Counted from the stretch's first letter, positions 24,251-38,061 are shown. The stretch is 64,000 nucleotides of DNA from Octopus vulgaris (GCA_951406725.2 OX597815.1:205158001-205222000), one strand, 5' to 3'. The notes: generated by a model from the sequence alone, not told the origin. Translations and numbers: made by a program.

Positions 24251-25883
24251 TTATCTCTGATCGAACCCTGATTCAGCAGATCTCTGACCGAAGACCTTCC
24301 AGATAAATTCTGTCACCAATTTTTGGTTTTTCTTCTTTTTTTTCCGTATTTCTCCGTCATAGTATATCTAAGAGACTACCTTATTCAATTTATTGTTCCT
24401 CAATTACATTTTAAGGGTAGGTGTCCTTTGAAGACATTTGGAAATTTCACTACTATTTCTAGCACATCAAGCGATCACTTAGAGCAGGCATGGATACCTT
24501 TTTGCGAGGAGCGAGTCGAATGACACAGGGCTCATTATCAGACGGACCAGCCACATTGCTAAAAAGATTCAGGGCAATTTTCCATTAGTCGTGTCAATCA
24601 GACGGCCCCTTGTTCAAGACGGATGTAGAGTATGCCACTTAGAGAGTGGCTTGTGTAGACAGCTTTTTTTGTTTTGTTGCTTTTAGTTTTTATTTCCTAT
24701 TACAAGTGAACCCTTTCGAAATACTTATTAAAGTGTAGTAGGGGAAACGTTAATTTTGACAGACATAAATATATTCTTTTATTCTTTTATTTGTTTCAGT
24801 CATTTAACTGCGGCCATGCTGGAGGGCCGACTTTTTTAGTCGAGCAAATCGACCCCAGTACTTATTCTTTGTAAGCTTAGTACTTATTCTATAGGTCTCT
24901 TTTGCCGAACCGGGGATGTGAACACACCAACATCGGTTGTCAAGCGATGGTGGGGGGACAAACACAGACACACAAACACACACACACACACATATATATA
25001 CGACGGACTTCTTTCAGTTTCTGCCTACTAAATCCACTCACAAGGCTTTGGTCAGCCCGAGGTTGGAGTTGAAGACACTTGCCCAAGGTGCCACGCAGTG
25101 CGATTGAACCCGGAACTGAGGCACCTAATTTAACTCTTTAAAGTCTTGCACATATTCTATCAATCTCTTTTGCCAAATTGCTATGTTACGGGTGCGTAAA
25201 CAAACCAACACCACTTGCCAAGTGATGGAAAGACAAAAGACAGACACAAAGACAAGAACTTCCACACAGCTTCCGCCTTTCAAATTCACTCACAAGGTAT
25301 TGGTCGGCTCGGTGCTATAGTAATAGTCACGTGCCCTAGGTGGAACTGTAACCAAAACCATGTGATTAAAAAACGAGCTTCTTAGCCACACAGTCATACT
25401 TGTGCTACATATATATTGGAATTTTTCTGCATTTTCTCTACACACAAGCAATTATCCTTTTTGCTTTCGATTCCAGCTGGAGACCATGCGACCAATATCA
25501 CCATCAAATAATCAAGACAAAAGTTCTGCTTCATCAGAAGAAAACAGTAAGTTATAAATTTTGTATTTCTACCGTTTTTCTTTTTGCATTTTTTATTTTT
25601 TCCTCCAGAAACAACAAAGATTTGTACGAAACAACAAAGATTCCTCGCTTTCATATAAGAGATTAGACATGTAATGATTACGGTGGAGTGAGATTGCGTG
25701 ATGTACCTTTCCGAGTAAATTCATTTTTGCCATTGTATAAGGTCACACATTTGTTTTTTGTTGATGATATACACATGCACACATGTATGTTCATGATGTA
25801 TCTGAACTACGTATTATTGAAACGATCGTAACTGAGAAATAAATGTGTAATACCATTTTGAACTTTACAATATATATGTGTGT

Positions 25884-25955
<72 letters not shown>

Positions 25956-25981
25956 ATACATACATACATACATACATACAT

Positions 25982-26012
<31 letters not shown>

Positions 26013-26157
26013 TATAAACGATATATATCTACTCCAGAAGAATGAACGTCAAATTTAACCTCGATAGAATTTGAACTCAGAACGTAGCGGCAGACGAAAT
26101 ACCTCTAAGCATTTCGCCCGGCGTGCTAACGATTGATATAATATAATATAAATCGAT

Positions 26158-26590
26158 AGGCGTAGGAGTGGCTGTGTAGTAAGTAGCTTGCTTATGAACC
26201 ACATGGTTCCGGGTTCAGTCCCACTGCGTGGCACCTTGGGCAAGTGTCTTCTACTATAGCCTCGGGCCGACCAAAGCCTTGTGAGTGGATTTGGTAGACG
26301 GAAACTGAAAGAAGCCCGTCGTATATATGTATATATATATTATAATATGTATGTATGTATGTGTATGTGTATGTATATGCTTTTGTCTGTGTTTGTCCCC
26401 CCAACATCGCTTGACAACCGATGCTGGTGTGTTTACGTCCCCGTAACTTAGCGGTTCGGCAAAACAGAACGATAGAATAAGTACTAAGCTTACAAAGAAT
26501 AAGTCCTGGGGTGGATTTGCTCGACTAAAGGCAGTGCTGCAGCATGGCCACAGTCACATGAATGAAACAAGTAAAAGAGTAAAAGCGTAA
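26158..26590 (+). mobile_element. SINE family A, full length
   Basis: AGGCGTAGGAGTGGCTGTG...GAAACAAGTAAAAGAGTAAAAG. Confidence 0.9.
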
Positions 26591-27227
26591 TATAATACTG
26601 GGCAGTTTTTATACTGTTTAGAAGTCGTTTCCCGTTTTGTAAGGAAAAAACAAAAAAAACTCTTTCCACTCTAGGCGTAAGATCAGCAATTTTGAGAAGA
26701 GCGTTTAAGTCGACCCTAGTAGTTCACTGGTACTCTATTTTAACGTTCCCGAAAAGATGAAAGGCAAACCTGACTTCGGCGGAATTTGAACTCCGAACGT
26801 AAAGCGCCGGAAGAAATGACGCTAAGCATTTTGACCGGCGTGCGAAAGATTCTTCTAGCTCTCCGCCTTATTTTCTTTTTGAAAAAACCCCCAAAAAAAA
26901 AGAAAGAAAGAAAGAAAGAAACGGTAAAATTTGGACGGTTCTATAAGAGAACCTGTTAACCCCCCACCCCCACCAACACCGCCTTCGTTTTATTAGGTTT
27001 TTGGGAATCTATTTCAACATCATTTTGTTAATAACGGATTATTTTCAGAAAAAACAGCGGGAAATTACGAACCTACATCTGCGTCCAAACTACTTCACAC
27101 AATAAATACTTTCTCACAGGACAGAAAAACAGAATTAAATTTTGAAAAAAAAAAAAAAAAAAAAAAGATATAAATAAATAAACATAAATTTCGCGAATCA
27201 ACACCGATTCCTTTATATGATCTCCAC

Positions 27228-27228
<1 letters not shown>

Positions 27229-27275
<47 letters not shown>

Positions 27276-27290
27276 TTATTATTATTATTG

Positions 27291-27322
<32 letters not shown>

Positions 27323-27440
27323 GTTATTATTATTATTGTTATTATTATCATCATTATTATTATTATTATTATTATTATCATCATTATTATTATTATTATT
27401 ATTATTATCATCATTATCATCATCATCATTATTATTATTA

Positions 27441-27486
<46 letters not shown>

Positions 27487-27760
27487 CATTATTATCGCCG
27501 CCGTCGTCGTCGTCGTCGTAATCGTCTTGATTATTCAAATGTTACATCAAAATATTTTCCTTCTTCCCGCCCACTCTCTCCGCACCTAATTGATACAGTT
27601 AAACATATCTGAAGACACTTGTAGAGCAGACATAACACATGCGAATATATTACAAAGATTATTATCATCATCATCATCATCATCATCATCATTATTATTA
27701 TAATTATTATTATAATTATTATTAATATTATCATTATTATTATTATTATTATTATTATAA
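27229..27760. repeat. Compound (ATC)n/(ATT)n microsatellites
   Basis: Directly visible. Confidence 0.92.
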
Positions 27761-28589
27761 TGCATTCCACTTTCTGTTTTACTCCTTGTTATTTGTAGTT
27801 GTTTTTGGAAAGATTTTTTTTTTGTTGTATTTTACTAAGTAAAAATAAAAATAGAAGGAAAGAACGAAAGCAAAAGAATGAAGAAAGAGAAGAAGTGAGG
27901 AAGGAAGGAAGGAAGAAAGGAAGGAAGAAAAAGAAACGACTCTGAAAAAGAGCGGAGTGTGTTACGTATGGAATCGAGCGCCAGTCGTCTGTGAGAACTG
28001 ATAAACACCGTGGCTCTCATGGCTCTTGGGGAAAAAAAGACCGTGGTGTAATATTAAACGGGTTTGGTTAAAAGATTGCACTATTGACAGACAAATAACG
28101 ACTATGATGCCGTAACGGCAGAAACCATTTTCAATAAAAATAGCTCGGAGGCGGTGTTGCTTTTCAAGCACTTCCGAATATCAGGAAGATCAGATGTAAA
28201 ATAAGATGCTGATGTTGTTATTGTCGGTCGCCATCTTTGCTATAGTAGTGGCTGCAGCAGTAGCATCATCATCATCATCATCATTTTCATCATCATTGAC
28301 ATCATCATCAGCGGTGGCGGTGGTGGTTGCGGTCGTGGTGGTGGTTTGAAATTTAGTTAAATTTGAGAATGAAAGTTTCTTGAATAAATAAAAATTAATA
28401 AATAAATAATATTTGATTTGGTTTCTAATAGAGAAACCAGTTCTTCGGTTCTGAATGGAACGGGTTTTGTTCCTTGACATCTGATGTATTCCACTTGACG
28501 ATGATACAAGATGGGAGGTGGATATGAAGCCACTTGTCAAACCAAACAAACAAATTAAAAACGGTAAAGACAGAACGATTGCAGCGTGG

Positions 28590-29255
28590 AAGAAAACGTA
28601 TCAGCCATTCAAAAACACACAAAGATTGTTAACTTTACTTAAACATTTGATATTTGATGTCAACATTTTCGCTGCATCAATAGGCGTAGGAGTGGCTGAG
28701 TGGTAAGTAGCTCGCTTACGAACCACATGGTTCCGGGTTCAGTCCCACTGCTACTATAGCCTCGGGCGGACCAAAGCTTTGTGAGTGGATTTGGTAGATG
28801 GAAACTGAAAGAAGCCCGTCGTACATATGTATGTATGTATATACACATATATATGTGTGTGTGTGTGTGTATGATGTATATTTATATATACTATACGTAT
28901 GATATATATATACATATACATATGTATGTATGTGTATATATTTGTGTGTCTGTGTTTCTCACCCCAACATCGCTTGACAACCGATGCTGGTGTGTTTACG
29001 TCTCCGTAACTTAGCGGTTCGGCAAAAGGCAAAGGAGACCGATGGAATAAGTACTAGGCTTACAAAGAATAAGTCCTGCGGTCGATTTGCTCGACTAAAG
29101 GCGGTGCTCCAGCATGGCCACAGTCAAATGACTGAAACAAGTAAAAGAGTAACTACGACTTGTTCACTGTCGCAGTTTCACGAAAATGTTAACACCAAAT
29201 AAGGTTTATGTGACGCTAACAGTTTCTCTGTGTTTTTGAATGGTCTTTCGCTGTG
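28590..29255. mobile_element. Old inverted-repeat MITE interrupted by SINE A (28682-29152)
   Basis: AGCCATTCAAAAACACAC... is mirrored by ...GTGTTTTTGAATGG. Same family as 33364-34302. Confidence 0.6.
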
Positions 29256-29487
29256 ATTCTTATATCTTATATCTTTTACTTGTTCTAGTCATTAGACTGC
29301 GGCCATGCTGGGATACCACCTTGAAGAATTGTTAATCGAATGAATCGACCCTAGTGCTTCTTTTTTTTTTTCAAGCCTGGTATTTCTTCTTAGTCGAACC
29401 CCTAAGTTTCGGGGACATAAACACACCAACACCGGTTGTCAAGCGGTTGTGGGAGGACAAACAAACACACACACATACACGCATTTG

Positions 29488-29553
<66 letters not shown>

Positions 29554-29757
29554 CGTGTGCGTGTGTGACCACGTGTGTATCGTTGGCGATTTTCTTTCTC
29601 CGTCTTCCCTTCTTTGGTCTTTTTCTATATTTCCGACGAAGAGCTCTGCTCGAAACGTTAAATCCTATTTCTTTTCTTTCCTTTCTTGAGCGTCCACTGT
29701 ACTTATTCCCCGTCCTCGCGTTGTTGTTTTTTCTTGCTTGTTCATGTTTGGATTGAC

Positions 29758-29804
<47 letters not shown>

Positions 29805-29928
29805 GACGGTCGTCTTTCAGTTTCTGTCTACCAAATCCACTCACAAGGCTTTGGTCGACTTGAGTCTGTAGTATAAGAGACTTTCTCAAGGTGTCACCCG
29901 GAAGCTTGCGGTTGTGAAGCAAGCTTCT

Positions 29929-30340
29929 TATTTCTTTATTGCCCACAAGGGACTAAACACAGAGGGGACAAACAAAAACAGACAAAGGGATTAAGTCGAT
30001 TACATCGTCCCCAGTGCGTAACTGGTACTTAATTTATCAACCCTGAAAGAATGAAAGGTAAAGTTGACCTCGGCGGAATTTGAACTCAGAACATAACGGC
30101 AGACGAAATACCTATTTCTTTACTACCCACAAGGGGCTAAACACAGAATGGACAAACAAGGACAGATAAACGGATTAAGTCGATTATATCGACCCCAGTG
30201 CGTAACTGGTACTTAATTTATCGACCCCGAAAGGATGAAAGGCAAAGTCAACCTCGGCGGAATTTGAACTCAGAACGTAACGGGAGACGAAATACGGCTA
30301 CGCATTTCGCCCGGCGTCCTAACGTTTTTGCCAGCTCGCC
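29929..30340 (-). mobile_element. SINE family B dimer
   Basis: Reverse complement of the family B unit, twice. Confidence 0.9.
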
Positions 30341-30405
30341 TGGGTGTTTGGTAAGCTTCTTACCAAACACCCACGCATGTTTAACTTTCGTCACACGGTA
30401 TCAAA

Positions 30406-30637
30406 AAGCGGCGAGCTGGCAGAAACGTTAGCACGCCGGGCGCAATGTTTAGCGGTATTTTGTCTGCCGCCACGTTCTGAGTTCAAATTCCGCCGAGGTC
30501 GACTTTGCCTTTCATCCTTTCGGGGTCGATTAAATAAGTACCAGTTTCTCACTGGGGTCGATATAATCGACTTAATCCGTTTGTCTGTCCTTGTTTGTCC
30601 TCTCTGTCTTTAGCCCCTTGTGGGTAGTAAAGAAATA
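30406..30637 (+). mobile_element. SINE family B monomer
   Basis: TSD GGTATCAAA at 30397-30405 and 30638-30646. Confidence 0.9.
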
Positions 30638-31458
30638 GGTATCAAATCGAGTCACTTGCCTGGAAAGTACACCGACGAAATATAAATACTGAATCATTAA
30701 AAAAGAAGGAAAAAAAAACGTGAAACCAAGAATTAAGATTTCTGATCAACTTTTGTTTCGTATTTATCCACCCATATCCATTTAGCATAATTAATCAAAG
30801 AGGAAACGTGTTAGGTTTTGAACATTTTTGTTGATGATTCTTCTTTTGGGTTTACACACGGACAGGGAAGGTTGAGATGTGAAGTTGTGGCACCTAAGCC
30901 TTTCCTCGGAGTAGATATAAACTTCGAAAAGCCACTGAAATGGTCTCAGCTTATCTTTTGGTTCATGTTCCTTATCGCCATTTATTGGTAGTAATACTGT
31001 TGTTCTTCGGTTTAAGCGGTAAATTGGTTCCGTGAGTTCGCAGGTATGCCGAAATCGTGTAAATCGAAGGTAGATAAAATTTTAAAGGTTATTAAGAATT
31101 ACGAAAAATTACAAAGAAAATTCAAACAATTATTTATTGAAATGGGGGTAATAAATATGATTATCACACGCCTGTGTGAATACATGCGCGCACCACACCG
31201 CCTCTTTCTCCTTTCTAAATTCCGACTCCTATCGAACCGCATTCTCACCTAGCCACTAAGCTTTTTGCCGACCACCTTTTCTCATTCTTTATATTTTCCC
31301 CTCCACCTTTTCTTATTCTTTTTTTTTTTCTGACGAAGAACTAGCGTCCGAAATGTCAAGAGCTTTTCGATTTTTTTTCAGTGTTAAACTAAAACATTTG
31401 ATAAAATTTGTCCCTCTCGTGTTGTCTTCTTTTTTTCCTCAATTTCTAACACACACAG

Positions 31459-31494
<36 letters not shown>

Positions 31495-32434
31495 GGATAC
31501 ACTCATAACATTAGGGTCACACAATCTGTGAGGTTAATGAGACGTAATGAAAACAATTGAAATTGTTATGTCTAGTCTCTTGCCAAACAAAATCCGTGAA
31601 CTGTTTTCAGTATATTTCAGAGATGAATATATTTGAAATTACGTATATTTTTAATGATATTTGACCCATTAATTGGTCGTAAATAAAAAGGAAAAAAAGC
31701 TCCACTAAAACCAAAACGGTGAAAATGTAACAAGGAAGCCGAGGGACAACTGCATTTGATACCGTTAAAGTTGTGGTCTGCAAAGTCGGTAGAGCAACGA
31801 TCAAAATAACTTGCAGGATCTAGTTACTTCTTTTACGTTCTGAATTTGAATTCTGCTGGGATTAAAATTTTCTTTCTTTCATCCGGGGCTAATAAATAAA
31901 GTTCCAATTACATACTGAGAGTTAAATCATCTACGACCATCCGTCAGTGGATTTTCTAATCTTGTGGATTTTCTAATCTTGTCTAGAAGTTGATAATTAT
32001 GCATTGGCAGAATTGTTAGAACGTCCAAGAAAATGCCGTGTGTGTGTGTGTGTGTGTGTGTTTTCCTTTTGTTCCCGCTCTTTGCGTTCTGAGCTCAAAT
32101 CCCGCCGAAGTCAATTTTACCTTTCCTCGTTCCAGGATCGAGAAAATAAGTTCAAGTCAAATACAGGATTGATATAATAGACTGTTCCAGCCAATAATGT
32201 ATACGTATGTGTGTGTCGCTAAATCTGAGTTTCTCCTTTAAGCTAAGAGAACCGCTCAAATAAGTGTGTGAATCTGGGAGGGAAATATGTTTCATAAAAT
32301 CATGATTAACTGATTCCCCTGTATTTTCTTTTACTCAGAGCCAGGAACTTTTCGGCAACTCCTCGTACAGTTGTGTGCGTGTTTATGTGTCTTTGTGTGT
32401 ATGTGTGTGCTATTAGTTATATATTTTCCTTCCT

Positions 32435-32668
32435 AAGGCGGCGAGCTGGCAGACACGTTAGCGCGCCGGGCAGAATGCTTAGCGGTATTTCGTCTGTCGT
32501 TACGTTCTGAGTTCAAATTCCGCCGAGGTCGACTTTGCCTTTCATCCTTTCGGGGTCGATAAATAAAAGTACCAGTTTCGCACTGGGGTCGATGTAATCG
32601 ACTTAATCCCTTTGTCTGTCCTTGTTTGTCCTCTCTATGTTTAGCCCCTTGTGGGCAATAAAGAAATA
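32435..32668 (+). mobile_element. SINE family B monomer
   Basis: TSD ATATATTTTCCTTCCTA. Confidence 0.9.
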
Positions 32669-33286
32669 TATATATTTTCCTTCCTATCTTCTGCCGTGGA
32701 TATACATTCAGCTCAGTAATTTCAAAAACACTAAATCATTAAAATCAAATCATTCACCCTCATCATGCGATGTGTGTCTTTATTATCGTTGCCGATTCTC
32801 CACGATTATTAACCGCCATTTGCTTGCCTTCCGTTTTCAGTCGGAGAGATTTAATTCACTTCGTCCGCCATATTACATGTACAACGTTTCAAAAGATAAC
32901 CGAATATTTTCAAGCATCAATACTCAAGGACAGCTTATATTATATGTTTTGTCTACTGCCCTTGAGTTTCTCTAAAAAATGCCTTTACACTACAAGTATT
33001 TCCTTATTTCCATGCGCAGTATTTTTGTTTCTTTTTCGGCATTAATGTATAATACTCATTTTTCAAGTTATCCCTGGTATTTTTAATGACTAACTTTGAA
33101 ATCTGAGTTCTCTTTCTAAAGAATTTTACAACTCTATCTGTTTCGTTTCACCTTATCAATTCCCGTAAATGTGAAAAATGTTGTTTTCTCTCACATTCAG
33201 TTAAATATTCGCCTCTGATGGCGGCACCAGCATGCTATGCTAGATACTACTTGAATGTCAGACCTATATGTTTTAATACTTCGTTC

Positions 33287-33318
<32 letters not shown>

Positions 33319-33363
33319 ATACATATAAGTGTGTGTGCGCGCGTAACAGTTACAGCGTAAAAG

Positions 33364-34302
33364 ACATTAGCCATTCAAAAAGTCACAAACACTGTTAACT
33401 TCGCTTAAACATGTATTATTTTGCGTCCAAATTTTCCTCGCAGTAACTGCAACCTGATCAGTGACGCAGTTTCACTACATCTGGTTTGTGGCGACGATGC
33501 TGATTGGCAAATTATATAGGTTTCAGAGTTATAATTTTTTTCATATATAATAAGTCAGTCGTGCTACTTATATATTATTTCTTTATTGCCCACAAGGGGC
33601 TAAGCACAGAGGGGACAAACAAGGACAGACAAAGGGATTAAGTCGATTACATCGACCACAGTGCGTAACTGGTACTTAATTTATCGACCCCGAAAAGATG
33701 AAAGGCAAAGTCGACCTCAGCGGAATTTGAACTCAGAACGTAACGGCAGACGAAATACCTATTTCTTTATTACCCACAAGTGCCTAAACACAGAGGGGAC
33801 AAACAAGGACTGACAAACGAATTAAGTCGATTACATCGACCCCAGTGCGTAACTATTACTTAATTTATCGACCCCGAAAGGATGAAAGGCAAAGTGTCTA
33901 TGTGTCTATGTGTATGTGTGTGCTATTAGTTTTATATTTTCCTTCCTAAGGCGGCGAGCTGGCAGACACGTTAGCGCGCCGGGCGCAATGCTCGGCGGAA
34001 TTTGAACTCAGAACGTAGCGGCAGATGAAATACGGCTACGCATTTCGCCCAGCGTGCTAACGTTTCTGCCAGCTCGCCGCCTTTAATTGGCATATACAGG
34101 TTTCAGAGTTATATTTTTTTTCATGTATAATAAGTCAGTCGTGCTACTTATATATGGTGACTAACAACCTCTCCACAAACAAAGCGCAGTGGAATTGCGT
34201 CAGTGACCAAGTTGCAGTTGGTACGACGAAAATTTAGACACCAAATAAAAACTTTTTAAGTGAAGTTAGCGACTTATTTGTGTATTTTTGAATGGTTAAT
34301 AT
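33364..34302. mobile_element. Old MITE with ~110-bp imperfect TIRs hosting a SINE B dimer
   Basis: 33364-33478 is an approximate reverse complement of 34187-34302. Confidence 0.65.
33576..34083 (-). mobile_element. SINE family B dimer with an internal templated insertion and ~70-bp flanking duplication
   Basis: Flanks 33504-33575 and 34085-34155 are near-identical. Confidence 0.88.
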
Positions 34303-34381
34303 ATATATCTTTCAGGTTGTAAAAGTTTTAGTATCAACACACGGTCTCAGATCAAATCATTTGCTTGGCAAGCACACCTCC

Positions 34382-34416
<35 letters not shown>

Positions 34417-34432
34417 ACATACACATGCAAAG

Positions 34433-34812
34433 ATGGCTGTGCTGTAAGAAGTTTGCTTTCTAACCACATGGTTCTGGGTTCAGTCCCGCTGCGTGGCACT
34501 TTGGGCAAGTGCCTCTTACCACAGCTCCGAGCCGACCAAAGCCTTGTGAGTGGATTTGGTAGATGGAAACTGAAAGAAGCCCGTTGTATAATGTATATGT
34601 GTGTGTTTCTGTGTCTGTATTTGTCCTTCCACTCACCACTTGACTACCTCTGTTGGTTTGTTTACGTCTCCGTAACTTAGCGGTTCGGCAAAATAGCTGG
34701 TAGAATAAGTACTAGACTTTTAAAAAAATGTACCTACCAGGGTCGATTTGTTCGACTAAATCCTTCAAAGCGGTGCCCCAGCATGACCGCAGTCTGATGG
34801 CTAAAACAAGTA
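34433..34812 (+). mobile_element. SINE family A variant
   Basis: Family A motifs. Confidence 0.82.
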
Positions 34813-34998
34813 CACACACACACACACCAGAGATAGCTCATTGTAGCCTGAACATGCAGTTTTTACACTTTGCCTGCCTGAAGCATTTTCATAATTTTCT
34901 TCTAAACGCCTGCATTTGTATTTAAATTTTAGTTAGTTTCACACGTTTTCTAAGTCCGAAGTTACTCAGGTGGTTGGAAAAATTTGGAATATGTATCA

Positions 34999-35384
34999 TG
35001 GAAGCACTCCGTCGGTTACGACGATGAGGGTTCCAGTTGATCCGAATCAACGGAACAGCCTGCTCGTGAAATTAACTTGCAAGTGGCTGAGCACTCCACA
35101 GACACGTGCACCCTTAACGTAGTTCTCGGGGATATTCAGCGTGATACAGAGAGTGACAAGGTCGGCCCCTTGAAATACAGGTACAACAGAAACAGGAAGT
35201 AAGAGTGAGAGAAAGTTGTGGTGAAAGAGTACAGCAGGGATCACCACCATCCCCTGCCGGAGCCTCGTGGAGCTTTTAGATGTTTTCGCTCAATAAACAC
35301 TCACAACGCCCGGTCTGGGAATCGAAACCGCGATCCTATGACCGCGAGTCCGCTGCCCTAACCACTGGGTCATTGCGCCTCCAC
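34999..35384 (-). mobile_element. SINE family C, full length
   Basis: TSD ATATGTATCAT. Confidence 0.9.
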
Positions 35385-35403
35385 TATATGTATCATATAT
35401 GGT

Positions 35404-35652
35404 GTGGAGACGCATGGCTTAGTTGTTAGGGTGTTGAACTCATGATCGTAAGGTTGTGGTTTCGATTCTTGGACCAGGTGATGCGTTGAGTTCTTGAGCA
35501 AAACACTTCGTTTCACGTTGCTCAAGTCCACTTAGCTGGCAAAAATGAGTAACGCTGCGACGGACTGGCGTCCCGTCCAGGTGGGGGAATTTCTACGCTA
35601 CTGAAACCGGGAAACCGGCCCTTATGAGTCTGGAATGGCTCAAGAAGGAACA
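35404..35652 (+). mobile_element. SINE family D
   Basis: Similar to 14475-14720. Confidence 0.8.
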
Positions 35653-35919
35653 TTTATTATTTTTTTTTATCATATAAGGTACAAGGACGCCAAGGAAATA
35701 ATTGTCCTGTGAATCACATGTGTTATACAGGACAGACAAAGAGCTAAATAACTAAGATGTATTATTGAAGTAGGGTACATGAAACTATATTTTAGGCATG
35801 CATCTTATGCTTTGCACCCGCACAGGAACGACCACAGGTGTGTGTGTGTGTGTTTGCATGTGCGTGTGTATGTGTGCGCGCGTGTTAAAATTCAGATGCG
35901 TGTTATAGAATATATTTAT

Positions 35920-36328
35920 ACAGCCCACCGGGGGCTAAACATAGAGGGCATAAACATGCACAGACGAAGAGATTAAGTCGATTACATTGACACCAGTGCG
36001 TAACTGGTACTTATTTAATCGACCCCGAAACGATGAAAGGCAAAGTCGACCTCGGCGGAATTTGAACTCAGAACGTAACGGCGGACGAAATACCTATTTC
36101 TTTACTACCAACAAGGGGCTACACACAGAGAGGACAAACAAGGACAGACAAACGGATTAAATCGATTATATCGACCCCAGTGCATAACTGGTATTTATTT
36201 AATTGATCCCGAAAGGATGAAAGGTAAAGTCGACCTCGGTGGAATTTGAACTCAGAACGTAACGGCAGACGAAATACGGCTACGCATTTCGCCCGCCGTG
36301 CTAACGTTTCTGCCAAGGTCGCCGCCCT
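35920..36328 (-). mobile_element. SINE family B dimer
   Basis: Reverse complement of the family B unit, twice. Confidence 0.88.
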
Positions 36329-36930
36329 GTGTTACAGAATATATTGCAATTAGATTTGACATGTGTATATGCTCATGTACATATGTATGCGTGCGTACGT
36401 GCGTACGTGCGTGTGTTTGTGTTTGTGTGTGTTCCCCCCACACGTGTATGTGTTTACGTATGCGTGCAAGTTTTCACATAAATTACAAACAGGATGTTTT
36501 TATGTTTACATTCTACATTCATTTGTTCCCCCTTAAATCCTGACTAAGTAAATCTATCCGACAACGGTGACGTATCATTAGTAGAAGTCGAAGCAAAAGA
36601 TATACATAATAATATATATATATGATCAAGAAACTGTTTAGAATAACAAAGAAATCAAGCCACTGCGCTTTTTCTTTGCTTAAATGTATCAGATATCACA
36701 ACAATCGCAGAAAATGTCTGTTCTTTCATTACGAGACGAGGTCACGTGAATCGTAGTCTTTTTTTTCTTTTCTTTTTTCAGTTTCGGATCTTTTTCTTCT
36801 TTTCGAAATATTTATTTATTAATTTATTTTATTCAAATATCTTTTAAATGAAATAACCGTTAAGGCACTTAAGTTTTGCTGCTGTTAACTTTATACGTAT
36901 CTACGCCATAACTGCTCACAGTTCTCGATA

Positions 36931-37431
36931 TCTTTATATATAAAAGTGAGATTGTGTGCTGTCTGTCTCCTACGATTTAGATTCCTAACTACTCCCACAT
37001 TTTGCGGTGCAGTTTAACCAAAACCGGGTATCTTATAGTCGTGATTCATATCGAGCCCTTCTGGGTATTAGCGCGCGTCTACGATGAGTCTACGATTTAA
37101 AAAATAATTTACCATCATTTTTTTCCATTTTAATGTATTTTTTCGCTATTATATAAGGGAAGTAACTCTCTAAAAATGTCTACGATGAGTCAGCGATTTA
37201 AAAAAAATTTACCACCATTTTTTTCCATTTTAATGCATTTTTCGCTATTATATAAGGGAAGTAACTCTCTAAAAATGTCTACGATGAGTCAACGATTTAA
37301 AAAAAATTTACCATCAATTTTTTTTTCCATTTTTAATGCATTTTTTTGCTATTTGTTGGCTATAACTCTCTAAAAATGCTTATATAGTTATTTCCCTTAC
37401 AAACCCGAGCAACGCCGGGCGATACTGCTAG
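36931..37431 (+). mobile_element. Non-autonomous Helitron (5' type 1) with three internal ~100-bp tandem units
   Basis: A|TCTTTATATATAAAA ... CCCGAGCAACGCCGGG-CGATACTG-CTAG|T. It has a TC start, subterminal hairpin, CTAG end, AT target and no TSD. Confidence 0.92.
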
Positions 37432-37720
37432 TTTAAAATAAACTATCTCATTTTGTTTTGTTATTCTTTCGCTTCAAATTTTTCATTCGTCTTTCTGCTT
37501 CCTTCTTTAGAATGAATGAATGAATCTTTTATACTTTATCTTTCCATCCTGGGGCACCGTCTCGAAGGGTTTAGTCGAACAAATCGACCCCAAAGTCCTT
37601 TTTTTTTTCTCTCTCTCAGCATTGTATGCTATCCGCTAAGTTATGGGGACGTAAACAAACCAACACCGCTTGTCAAGCAGTAGTGAGGGACAAAGGCAAA
37701 TACACACATACACACATACA

Positions 37721-37756
<36 letters not shown>

Positions 37757-37758
37757 TA

Positions 37759-37810
<52 letters not shown>

Positions 37811-38024
37811 GCGTTTATCTTTTACTTCTTTCAGTCATTTGACTAAGGCCATGCTGGGGCACCACCTTGAAGGGTTTTAGCCGAACAAATCGACTCTAGG
37901 ACTCTTTTTAAAGCCTAGTATTTATTCCATTGGTCTCTTTTGCTGAATCGCTAACTTACGGGGACGTAAACACACCATCTCCGGCTATCAAGTGGTGGTT
38001 GGAAAACGACACACACACACACAT

Positions 38025-38061
<37 letters not shown>

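Noticed and set aside
23473-24306. 277-aa poly-Val ORF (likewise poly-Thr/Val ORFs at 56860-57795 and Y/I/H/T-rich ORFs at 27-28 kb, 44.6-45.1 kb and 61.8-62.7 kb)
   Set aside because: These are translations of stop-free microsatellites with no protein-like complexity.
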